Positions 53,324 to 64,000 of a DNA stretch of 64,000 nucleotides are shown in pieces. The stretch spans positions 24,986,001 through 25,050,000 of the forward strand of contig NC_083286.1 in assembly GCF_963506605.1 (NCBI RefSeq), written 5' to 3'. The notes below the pieces were generated by a model. That model worked only from the letters and a program-made list of their open reading frames with translations. It was not told the origin of the DNA and did no database searches. This DNA is from Zootoca vivipara. Its lineage: Eukaryota. The first letter of the stretch is position 1. Every line of letters starts with the position of its first letter. A program made the position numbers and the translations under genes.

Positions 53324-53902
53324 AACTAGAAACGGGCAGATGTGTCCTCTTTTTTGCTGTTCAAAAAATGGCAATCCTACATGAGAATCTGAATGACAAA
53401 ACTTGCACTTTTACAAGTGTGGCAATCCCTGCGCTCTGGCAGGGAGGCATTTAGGGCTGTGTGAGTGGTGCACACACACTGAGCCGAGGGGCTGCCACCT
53501 CAAAGTCCAGCAAGTGAGATGCTGGCCTTTAGGAAGGAAGTGTGAGGCTCTGACAGGGTCCAAGAGTCCTCCCACCTCCTTCCCAAAGCCTAGTTTGCGC
53601 TTTCCCAGGTTTGGGAAGGATATGGGAGGGCTCTAGGACCCTGCCAGAGCCTTGCGCCTCCTTCCCAAAGCCTGGTGCCCCACTTAGCTTGCTTTGGGAA
53701 GGCAGCACCTCCTTACCTGCCTTTGGGAAGGCAGTGTGAGGTCGGGGCGAATCTTGGTCTCGCACAGGGCACCACAGTACCAAAGTACCGGCTCTGGAAC
53801 GCCTTGCCTATTGCCATTACGACAGACACCTTCAATATATTGTTTCAGCAAGCCTATCCAGACCCATGATTTAGTAACTTGCATTTGGTGATTTTATGTA
53901 TT

Positions 53903-54372
53903 GTTGTTGTTTAGTCGTTTAGTCGTGTCCGACTCTTCGTGACCCCATGGATCATAGCACGCCAGGCACTCCTGTCTTGCACTGCCTCCTGCAGTTTGGT
54001 CAAACTCATGTTCGTAGCTTTGAGAACACTGTCCATCCATCTCGTCCTCTGTCGTCCCCTTCTCCTAGTGCCCTCAATCTTTCCCAACATCAGAGTCTTT
54101 TCCAGGGAGTCTTCTCTTCTCATGAGGTGGCCAAAGTATTGGAGCCTCAGCTTCACGATCTGTCCTTCCAGTGAGCACCCAGGGCTGATTTCTTGAAGAA
54201 TGGATAGGTTTGATCTTCTTGCAGTCCATGGGACTCTCAAGAGTCTCCTCCAGCACCATAATTCAAAAGCATCAATTCTTCGGCGATCAGCCTTCTTGAT
54301 GGTCCAGCTCTCACTTCCATACATCACTACTGGGAAAACCATAGCTTCAACTATACGGACCTTTGTCGGCAA
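53903..54372 (-). mobile_element. BovB LINE 3' fragment (open 153-aa frame)
   Basis: Peptide nearly identical to the 9436 ORF; TSD GATTTTATGTATT (53890, 54373). Confidence 0.95.
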
Positions 54373-54491
54373 GATTTTATGTATTAAAAAAATTAATTGC
54401 TTTGTGGAGTGTAGCCATGGGTTAATCTATAACTTTATCTGGAGACTGCTTGGGATATCTATCAAACAGCTTATACACTGCAAAGGGATGG

Positions 54492-54657
54492 ATTCAGGTA
54501 GTTAGCTGTGTTGGTCTGACACTGTCAAAATACTGTATATAAAAAAATTAAAAAATAAAATCTGAAGAAGTGTGCATGCACATGAAAGCTTATACCAAGA
54601 ACAAACTTAGTTGTTCTCTAAGGTGCTACTGGACAATTTTTTAAAAAATATATTAAT
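54492..54657. mobile_element. Penelope-like element relic containing a hammerhead core
   Basis: Same family as 24495; TSD TGCAAAGGGATGG (54479, 54658). Confidence 0.8.
54562..54596 (+). ncRNA. Minimal type I hammerhead ribozyme motif (probably inactive relic)
   Basis: CTGAAGA-A-GTGTG(CATG)CACAT-GAAA-GCTT-ATACC; the 5' strand of stem I is mostly lost. Confidence 0.6.
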
Positions 54658-54952
54658 TGCAAAGGGATGGTTATTCACATGCAGCTTGATGTGGATGCAT
54701 TGGAACTCTTTAATAGATACTGTGCTCAAAGCACATAAATCTGCAGAGGCAACAGCCGGTGGTTCCACAATCTATGGATACACCCAGGTTGTTGAAATGT
54801 CCTTGAAGGGTCTGAGTCTCTGAGGTTTAATGATTCACAGATCCCAACTCATTGGATTCAGTTGCTGCCTCTTCTCTATGCTTTTGCCTTGCATGTGGAC
54901 AAAGTCTTAATAGAGCTTCTAGTTGAATATTTTAAAGGGTGATACTAGTAAT

Positions 54953-55440
54953 CGAGCTGTTGTTGGCCTAGTGGTTGGAGCAGGGGTCAGCAAACTTTTT
55001 CAGCAGGGGACCGGTCCACTGTCCCTCAGACCTTGTGTGTGGGGGGGCCAGACTATATTTTGAAAGAAAATAATGAACGAATTCCTATGCCCCACAAATA
55101 ACCCAGAGATGCATTTTAAATAAAAGGACACATTCTACTCATGTAAAAACACGCTGATTCCTGGACCGTCTGTGGGCCGGATTTAGAAGGTGATTGGGCT
55201 GGATCCGGCCCCCGGGCCTTAGGTTGCCTACCCATGGGTTAGTGTCAGAGTAAGACCTGGGAACCCAGGGTTCAAATCCCTGCTCAACCATGAAGCTCAC
55301 TAGGTGAGCTTGGGCCAGTCACCGCCTCCCAGTTTAACCTACTTCACAGGGTTGTTGAAGGGATTAAAAGGGAAGGGGGAGAACCATGTAGGCAGTCCTG
55401 AGCTCTTTGGAGAAATAGGTGGGATATAAATGAAATAAGT
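54953..55440 (+). mobile_element. Older Squam3-like SINE split by a hAT element
   Basis: A box GGCCTAGTGGTT before the insertion; B box GGTTCAAATCCC and the SINE body after it. Confidence 0.75.
54981..55236. mobile_element. hAT (Charlie-like) non-autonomous element
   Basis: CAGGGGTCAGCAAACT ... AGGTTGCCTACCCATG; approximate TSD GGTTGGAG/GGTTAGTG; GGGCCGG subterminal repeats. Confidence 0.8.
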
Positions 55441-56430
55441 ATGTAAATAATAGCTAACCAGGACCGGGCCTAACATTAGGCAGAGGGAGGTGGCTTTCTC
55501 AGGCAGCAGCTGTGTATGGAAGGGGAAGTGGGAGATGGCCGAGCTCTTCTTTGCAATGGCAATTGGCTGGCTGCTGGCTAGCTCTATGTAGCACATGTGG
55601 AGTAAATGGGGAACATCAGCTAGTTGAGTTCAGGGCCTTCATTGTCTCTTGAACAGCAAGATTCAACTGCTAGTCCAGTCGGCTTCTGTATGTGGAATAA
55701 GAAGGAGGTACCATCTTGCCCTTTGCATCAAGCAACAAAATTTCTTGGGCAGCCCGGTATACTTAATACATTGCTAATAGGCTGCCAAGAGATAATTATA
55801 TTGCTAGGAGTGTCTTCAGTGGAAGGCTTTTGTTGAATTCAGCTACCTGATGGGCAGATGGAGAGGGATTTCGGTGGTACAATTAAAGCCAATAGCAGAC
55901 TACAACAGGATCATAGCTAAGCTCAATCTAAAGAAGCCACAATTCATTTTCAGGATATTTAATGCGTTACTTTGCATTTAATTTTAAAACTCAATTTGAA
56001 TAATGCATCATGGTCTGAGAGAGTAATAACAATCGGCCTATTGATCTTCTTTATCTGGATGGAAGAAAAATGCTGCATTCTGGCAGCTCTTTGATTATGA
56101 GAATTGCAATTAGGAGTGTGTTTGTGTGTTTGTTCCTACTGGGACTTCAGACACTGAGAATTATATTGCTTTTATGTTAAGCAAATCAAGTGACACGATA
56201 TTTATTGCACAGTCTGTGACAAGAGGGAATTTATTTGAAACATTTGTTGTTTTAGAATGGCTGTATTGTTCCTTCTGGCATGACTGATGGAGTTCAGATA
56301 AAAAACGGTTCCATCCGTGTTTAGTTAGTGTCATATGTACAGATGTTATACAGTAAAAAAACCAACAACCACAGCCTTAATTGCTGTTATTATTGTCCTC
56401 ATCATTTTTAATATCAGTTGTGCTTAGGAT

Positions 56431-56432
<2 letters not shown>

Positions 56433-56478
<46 letters not shown>

Positions 56479-56500
56479 AAGAAAGAAAGAAAGAAAGAAA
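56433..56500. repeat. Compound (GA)n(GAAA)n microsatellite
   Basis: Direct reading. Confidence 0.95.
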
Positions 56501-56524
56501 AGGACACGTGGAATCATTTTATTA

Positions 56525-56660
56525 CCGTATATTCCGGCGTACAAGACGACTGGGAATATACTTGCCATATAAGAAATACGACCCGGCGTACAAGACGACC
56601 CCTGACTTTAGAGAAGATTTTCCTGGGTTAAAAAGTAGTCTTATACGCAGGAATATACAG
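56525..56660. mobile_element. Tc1/mariner-type MITE
   Basis: TA|CCGTATATTCCGGCGTACAAGACGAC ... GTAGTCTTATACGCAGGAATATACAG|TA. Confidence 0.82.
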
Positions 56661-57342
56661 TACCAATATTAGATGTAAATGATAGCCTTTATCTCGTAAA
56701 TACAGAAAACTTGTTAATTTGCCCACAATTATAAATAGCATGATAATAAAAAGAAATATTCATGAAATGCAGTAATAAATGTGCATGGTGTTGTGCACAA
56801 TTATAAATCGGGTCCTCCCTTAAAGAGGGCATGTGTTGCAGTGAGAACTGGCAACCAAACCCTGTGTTGTGGGTGGGTAAGATTGGATAGCCACAACACC
56901 CAATTGGTAGGTCCCTCGATGCAGGGTTTAATTGGGCCAATGGGACATATGCTAAACGTATCAAGGGACCTATATATACCTATGCACGTGACCCAGAGCT
57001 TCCTCCTTCGGTGCGTGCATCGGAACACCCGCCCACTTCTCCCTATTTTCAGGGCTTGTGCACTTGACCTTGCTATGCCATTTTAGCTGACAGTCACACA
57101 TTAGTATATATGCACCTTGAGAATGAGGCTGTTTTAAGAATTCCACATCAAATGAAAACCAAATCTATTCACATGTTGGTATGTTAGAGTTCATAGCTGG
57201 TGGCATTTTATTTTCTGTGTTGCCACATGTTTGACAGTCTCATGTAAATTCAATAATAGTGACTGGACAGCAAAACATACCAGATTGTTCAAACCTAATG
57301 TCTCCTTAGTCAATTTCCTGGTATCCCAGGGGTTACTCTTCA

Positions 57343-57687
57343 GTAAAGGTAAAGGTAAAGGGGCCCCTGACCATCAGGTCCAGTCGTGTCCGACTCTGGG
57401 GTTGCAGCGCTCATCTCGCTCTATAGGCTGAGGGAGCCGGTGTTTGTCTGCAGACAGCTTCCGGGTCATGTGGCCAGCATGACAAAGCTGCTTATGGCGA
57501 ACCAGAGCAGCACACGGAAACGCCATTTACCTTCCCACCGGAGCGGTCCCTATTTATCTACTTGCTCTTAGATGTGCTTTCGAACTGCTAGGTTGGCAGG
57601 AGCTGGGACCAAGCAACGGGAGCTCACCCCGTTGCAGGGATTTGAACCGCCGACCTTCTGATCAGCAAGTCCTAGACTCTGTGGTTT
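57343..57687 (-). mobile_element. Sauria SINE, slightly 5'-truncated
   Basis: (AAAGGT)n tail on the plus strand; family match. Confidence 0.9.
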
Positions 57688-58636
57688 CAAGCCACAAATA
57701 TTGCTTTTAAAGTATAAGACATCCCACCCATCCATACAGGTGCCAATTTAGGGTTGTCTTCTAAGCTATTTCATTGCTGCACCAAGACCTATAATTTGAA
57801 GGCCCTCTACTGAGCTTAATCTCTAATATTCCATACAAAGGGGGGGGTCTTTGTTCTCAAAACAGTAATATTCTGCAATGACACTGGCTTGGGGTTGCCG
57901 AGAAATGAGATATTTCGTTGGCTTTTTAATTGAAAGCAGGAAGGTGCACAAGAGCAAATGCAGCAACAATTTGTGAAACCAATTCAGCTGAGAAATGCAA
58001 TGCAATTCAGAAGGGAAAGGAGTGGGAATGGAATAAAAGTCTCACCATTGCTTGCATTCTATTGAAGGCCACCTCATTTCTATTAACCTGGTTCTCCTTT
58101 GTGTTAGCTTCCTACTTGTGCAAATCAGCTGAATTCGAGGGGTTTACTTCTGATTTGCATCTGAAGAACGCTGGATACATATGGCTGCATTTTCCATTGT
58201 AAGTTGACTGTTTTAAAAGCTACCATACTGTGGCCGAAGATGTGGGACCCTGTTTTGTGAATGAATTGGACAGGCCTGGCCATTACACTTTTTCTCTTGC
58301 TGTTGTGATTTGTTTGTGTTTTAAGCTTAACGTGGCTCCTTTACTTCAGAATTCTTAAACGAAACATCCCATTGTGGAAATTTATATGGAGTACTAGCTG
58401 GCCCTGCCACGCTTTGCTGTGGCTAATCCCTGTGACTGCCACCACCGTGACATATCCCACCCCCGGGTTTTCCCTGTCATTCCCCCCAACCTGTCCCGTC
58501 CCATGCTGTATCACACCCCCTCTTCCCCCCACCCCGGGTCATCCCTGTGACTGGCCCCACCATGTCCTGACCTATCCCATCCCCCTCCACCCCCAACCCC
58601 CACCCAGGCAAGTCAGTACCTCCATTCGGCCTAGTA

Positions 58637-58774
58637 CAGTGTTTCCCAACCAGTGTGCCTCCAGATGTTTTGGGACTGAAACTCCCATCATTCCTGACCA
58701 CTGGTCTTGCTAGCTAGGGATGATGGGAGTTGTAGTCCCAAAACATCTGGAGGCACACTGGTTGGGAAACACTG
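58637..58774. mobile_element. hAT MITE (138-bp palindrome)
   Basis: TIR CAGTGTTTCCCAACCAGTGTGCCTCCAGATG; TSD GCCTAGTA. Confidence 0.92.
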
Positions 58775-58834
58775 GCCTAGTATGTAAATGGCAGCTGAGG
58801 TGCTGTTGAGAGGGAAGGTTCTATGTTCTATAGG

Positions 58835-58868
58835 TGTAGTACCAGTGTAGCTGCCACTAGAGGGCAAC
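58835..58868 (+). promoter_or_regulatory. Candidate CTCF site with upstream module
   Basis: TGTAGTACC...TGCCACTAGAGGGCAAC. Confidence 0.55.
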
Positions 58869-59368
58869 CTGGATCTTTTCCCAGAATGCATTTTCGTCTG
58901 AGTGGTATTGTTTTGAAACACAGGGTTTTAGGGGGTTTACGTGGCACAGGTGTGACATCTGTCTTTGAAAACGGTATGGGCTTGCTCTCATATTTGCATG
59001 CGGCATTGTGTCAAAATTTGAGCGCAATCAGTCAAGCGGTTTTGGTGAAACATGGATACCAATGGACAGTTTATATATATATATTGAGAGAGAGAGAGAG
59101 AGAGAGATTATTATGTAGTAAACTTATTAGTGGCAACTTACAACAACAAATAAAGCAATTTAAAATAAAAATAAACACATGCTTTGAAACAGAGAAAAGT
59201 CTAAACCAGAGAAAAACAAAGCAAATTTATTTATTTATTTTTGCATATTTGAGCAACAAATATGTATCGTTCTCTCGGGAATAAGGCAATTAATCCTGAT
59301 GGCTATTTTCTACCTCCCCTGTACGCTGCACCGTGCATGCATCTGAACATCAGTTGCTGTAAACTGCA

Positions 59369-59488
59369 GCAGGAGGAGTGCTCTTGTGAGCTCATTTCTA
59401 GCATTTGGGCTTCCCCTGCGCATCTGGTTGCCCACTGTGAAAACAGGATGCTGGATTAGATCCAGCAGGCTCTTCTTATGTTCTTATG
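59369..59488 (+). mobile_element. Old CR1 3' tail
   Basis: CATCTGGTTGCCCACTGTGAAAACAGGATGCTGG...CTTCTTATGTTCTTATG. Confidence 0.7.
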
Positions 59489-59712
59489 TAAACAAACAAA
59501 CAAACAAACAAGTGGGAATGAGAATATAGGCGACAGAATGGACCCTGCTATTTTAACCTGTAAGTGGGGAGATCACCTTTTTAATGACTCCACATGAAAG
59601 GAAGCCACCTGCCACCCAACCACACTTAACAGCAAGTCGAAAATTGGGATCCTTAGAATTTCCCCTCTGACGTGCGGCAGTCTGAAATAGTCAGGATCTA
59701 ACCTCTGCCGGC

Positions 59713-59991
59713 CCTGAGTGCTCACTGGAAGGACAGATCGTGAAGCTGAGGCTCCAATACTTTAGCCACCTCATGAGAAGAGAAGACTCCCTGGAAAAGA
59801 CCCTGATGTTGGGAAAGATGGAGGGCACTAGGAGAAGGGGATGACAGAGGAAGAGATGGTTGGACAGTGTTCTCGAAGCCATGAACATGAGTTTGACCAA
59901 ACTGTGGGAGGCAGTGCAAGACAGGAGTGCCTGGCGTGCTATGGTCCATGGGGTCACGAAGAGTCGGACACGACTAAACAACAACAGCAAC
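59713..59991 (+). mobile_element. BovB 3' fragment
   Basis: Matches ~9877-10158; (CAA)n tail; TSD AACCTCTGCCGGC (59700, 59992). Confidence 0.93.
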
Positions 59992-60087
59992 AACCTCTGC
60001 CGGCTTTAATTGTGAATACTGAAGCTTTGAAAACATGGTATCTCCTATTCAGCACTCCCAAATTTTGTAGAATTTGGCAGGGTGGGC

Positions 60088-60111
60088 GGTGTGTGTGTGT
60101 GTGTGTGTGTG
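60088..60111. repeat. (GT)n microsatellite
   Basis: Direct reading. Confidence 0.9.
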
Positions 60112-60860
60112 TTACACCTAACCTTCTCGCTTCCAAATGAGGCAGTAGGGTTTCATTCACCAAGCTTGTGAGTTTCACCTGAAGACCTTTTAAGACTTAA
60201 TGATATGTTGCCATCTTGTGGCTAGTAATGAAAGTTCAACACTTTGTGTAGCCCTTGTTCAAGTCTACAGTATTTACATATCATATTTTTTTTGGGGGGG
60301 GGGGAGCTGTGTTTTAATACTGAACTAGGAAATCCCCAATTGCTTCTTTTCCCCTAAGAAGAAGGTGGTGACATTCCCATTGGATAAGGGGAGTACCAAA
60401 GGTTGACACTCCCCAGCAGCTATTTCAGACTGCTCCTAATTGGGAGATTACTACCGTGACACTTGTGGAGAGGATAGTTCATTGATCTAAGGATTGTGGT
60501 TTGAAAACCTTAGCTCTAGACCAGGGAGAAGGAACTTGTGGCCATCCAGATGTTGACAAATTGTCATCTCCCACCATCGCTGGTCACTGGCCGTGCTTTC
60601 TGGGGCTGATGGGAGCTACAAATCCAACCACGTGGGGGGGAACAGCTTCCTCTTCCATGCCGACTGATGACGATGTTAAAACTCATGCAGGACCAATAAA
60701 CGGAGTGGGGCAGTATGTGTAATGCCTCCACTCCTCATGATGTTAGTTTCAGGTTCAATCATCAGCATCTCCAGGCAGGGCTGGAAAAAGACCCCTGTCT
60801 TAAAAGTGCTGAATATTTGTTAAAAATATAGTGGTAGTAGAAATCAATCAATCAATTAGC

Positions 60861-61293
60861 AAATAAATAAATAATTTGTACCCTGTTCATCTGACTGGGT
60901 TGTCCCAGCCACTCTGGGCAGCTTCCAACCTATATAAAAGCATTAAATGGTTTTAAAAAAACAAACAAACACGTCTGCCTTCAGATGTCTTCTGAAGTTT
61001 CTATAGTAACTTATCTCCTTGACATCTGATGGGAGGGCTTTCCACAGGGTAGGTGCCACTACTGAAAAGGCCCTCTGCCTGGTTCCCTGTAACCTCACTT
61101 TTCGCAGTGAGGGAACTGCCAGAAGGTGCTCAGAGCTGGATCTCAGTGTCTGGAGTGAACGATGGGGGTGGAGATGCTCCTTCAGGTCTACTGGGCCAAG
61201 GCCATTTAGGGCTTTAAAGGTTAGCAGCAACTTTCTTAATTGTGCTCAGAATTGTACTGGGAGCCAATGTAGATTCTTTAGGACCGGTGTTAT
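60861..61293 (-). mobile_element. L2-clade 3' fragment
   Basis: Peptide LLTFKALNGLGPVDLKEHL...RAFSVVAPTLW.ALP. Confidence 0.9.
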
Positions 61294-63430
61294 ACATGTC
61301 ATATTTCTGTTCTGAAACTATTTGAATACTGCAAATGATTTACTCCTGTCTCCTTTAAGATAAAAGATGAATAGGAGTTGTTACTCCTTTTATGGTAGGA
61401 TATATCCTCCCACCTGTGTACATAGAACCACCTGCTTTCCTTAAGGATGCTCACTAACTTGGATAGCTTTCAAAGAGAATTAGACATACACATGGAGAAC
61501 AAGGCTCCCAGTGGCTACTAGTCATGGTGTTCTACCTCCACTGTCATAGCGACTTACTTCTAAGTGATATGCTTATTAGGCTTTGTGATATGTAATATTG
61601 TTTTATTTATTTTTCATATTTTTACCCCACCCTTACTCCCCAAGCGAGCCCAGGGTGGTGCCTTACGGTGAGAACCAGAAACAATATTAAAATCCGTAAA
61701 ACAAGTAACAGTGCGACACATCTATAAAGCCATAATTAGGAAAAGTAATTGAAACAGCAGCAGAGTACATACTGTTACATTCTCCCCAAATGAGCAATTT
61801 GCATGTACATTTAAATGGATCTGTTCGGATGACAGCAGTAAAGTTCTTTGAGGATACAGCCAGGCACTTCTGGGTAGTTAGAAGCATACATGCAGAATGT
61901 ACACAGGGAGGAAGAGAAGAAGAAAGGAAAGGAACAGAACAAGAAAACACAAATAATCATCAAGCCATGGTCTACTGGGCTTTTTCTGTCAGGAGCTTCT
62001 GTGTCTTTTCACAGGCTGTGAAATTTAACCAGTCACGACAGTCTCAATCAGGATTTATAAGTACAAGCCACAGCACAGAAGATTGAGTTTCTGGTGCTAT
62101 GGCATCAGTAAACTAGCTGAGTTAATTAGATCTTGGAGATCTTGGTTTCTGACATGTGGTAGCTTGGGAAACCAAATTAATATCGCCTGCTAAGCACTGA
62201 TAATGTGTTTGAATGCACAAAACATTGTGCTGAAAAGCCCAGGCTTCTGAATCTAGAAGTACCGGAAAGGATGTGGTAGGTTTCAAGCAAATCACGAGGA
62301 AATAGCTACTTCAATAACATTCCATCTCTCTGTACTTGGTGGGGTAGGAAGGGTATCATAAATTGTTAAAACACCTGCTAAACAAGATAAAGCAATGTGA
62401 AAACACCGAATAGCATGCAACTGGAAAGAGACTTTGTTGTTTTATTTATTTCCATGAAGCATAAACCTCTCTTTTATTAGGTGATTATTTATAAGAGTTA
62501 AATCTGTCATTCATTTTTTTTAATTTACAAAAGGCTGAGAAATATGTAATTAAGCAGAATCACTCTTTTGCCTTTTTGTCGTTGTAAAAATATGGTCCAG
62601 AGTGGGTGTTTTACACCATCCCATGAAAGCATCTGGGTCCTACTTACTACTGTGACAAATCTAACCTGATTGGGCAATTTCTGCTAGAAGATGGATAATG
62701 CCACATTTAATCAAGGACTTAACCATGCAAGGGCAGACTATTGGAAAGCATGGTAGAAAGTCTGGCATCGAGAGATTTCATGACTTGTATACTCAGAAAC
62801 AAACAGTTGCAACTGGGGAATGAGCAGCAGACTAAAGCTGGGCATACTTCTGATGATTATAACTATAACATGCAGACTTGGACAGAATATTGACTGTTCA
62901 AACATACTTGCAGTGTTCAGAAATTCCTTGCATATCTGCTAAGGTGGAATCTACATACATATAAAAACCACTTTTTAAAAAAGCGTTTTTTAAAAAATAG
63001 ATTGGATTTTCCATAAGGCTCACCATCGCCATCTAGTGTCACATTGTATATTGTACTTAAAACACACTTAAAACATTTTATTTGCAGCTGTATAGCTGAG
63101 TCCCAAGTCAGCTTGTCATTATGTATCAGTATCAGACAGTACTGTCTTGTTTCTTTTAAAACAGACTCTGGCTGGCTTATACACTGTGTAAGCATTCTGA
63201 TCTGAAACCCATTTCACAACCTGTTTCCTACTCAGTGTTTCATGCTGCTTTTTTGCTGAATTAAATAGAGGGTTCACTCCTCCTAAGCTTCCAGCCTCCC
63301 AGGTGTGTAATAAATATACTTTAGAATTTTTTCATGCTCTGCCACATTGTTTTCTGATGCAGATATGGACACATATGATTAAAACAAACTGTTTTTATTT
63401 ACCCATATGTTAGAAACACACACATGTCTG

Positions 63431-63950
63431 CAGGGCCGGATTTAGATGAAGAGAGGCCCTAGGCTACTCCACTTGTGAGGCCCCTCCCCACCCCCAACCT
63501 CACAACTAGAAGAAAATGGAAGAGTGTTATAAACAAAATTGAATGAAGCCAAGATTGATGACAAGTATTTAAAATTCTGCAATTCACAATTCCTCCTCTA
63601 AAGGCCTGGCCAGGGCGGTCTCCCTCATATATACCTTCTGGGATTGACAAGGCACCTGACCGTCACCTGAATCTCATAACTCTCCTGATAGGTGATTTGG
63701 TCTGCAGCCACAGTGTAGAAATAAAGGATGAGATTGCCCACCAGATACCAGGCAATTTTCAGAGAGGGGAGACTGCGGCACTGGGGAGAGGGCAGGCTGG
63801 TGAGGCTTGCTAAACTTAGAGGCCCGAGTTGTCCTGCCCTCACTTGAAGTCTTGGGTTTGCAGTTTTGGGAGGGGGGTTGCCTGCTGGGGAGTGGGCAGG
63901 CTGGTGAGGCCCCCTAGATTTAGAGGCCCTACGCTTCAGCCTACTTAGCC
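63431..63950. mobile_element. hAT-like non-autonomous element, right end interrupted
   Basis: Starts CAGGGCCGGATTTAG; GAGGCCC subterminal repeats at both ends. Confidence 0.55.
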
Positions 63951-64000
63951 CAGGCATCCCCAAACTTTGGCCCTCCAGATGTTTTGGACTACAATTCCCT
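63951..64000. mobile_element. hAT MITE, cut by the window edge
   Basis: CAGGCATCCCCAAACTTTGGCCCTCCAGATGTTTTGGACTACAA, same core as 35701. Confidence 0.85.

Overview
Eukaryotic, repeat-rich genomic DNA from a squamate reptile, most likely a lacertid lizard. This is inferred from the combination of Sauria SINEs, BovB, Squam3-like SINEs and tRNA-headed SINEs with CR1 tails. I recognise no host protein-coding exon or functional RNA gene, so the window reads as intergenic DNA or a large intron. Nearly all meaningful ORFs in the track come from retroelements: a 3.8-kb 5'-truncated, frameshifted L1 (15335-19122, minus strand, 17-bp TSD), four BovB pieces, and fragments of RTE, L2 and CR1. There are also six Sauria SINEs, many hAT MITEs (8-bp TSD) and Tc1/mariner-type MITEs (TA TSD), a solo LTR and two Penelope-like insertions. 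The most notable observations are: (i) the two Penelope-like insertions have inverted architecture and carry hammerhead-ribozyme core sequence; (ii) one BovB insertion has twin-priming geometry, joining the extreme 3' tail to an inverted 5'-region piece; (iii) a hAT MITE family shares one core but has swapped, self-matching termini; (iv) a CpG-rich hAT element is built from palindromic ETS-like repeats; (v) many insertions are nested and can be ordered in time; (vi) the unique DNA holds candidate CTCF and RFX sites. Family names come from my recall of consensus sequences, not from a database search. I cannot support a genuinely new biological system here.
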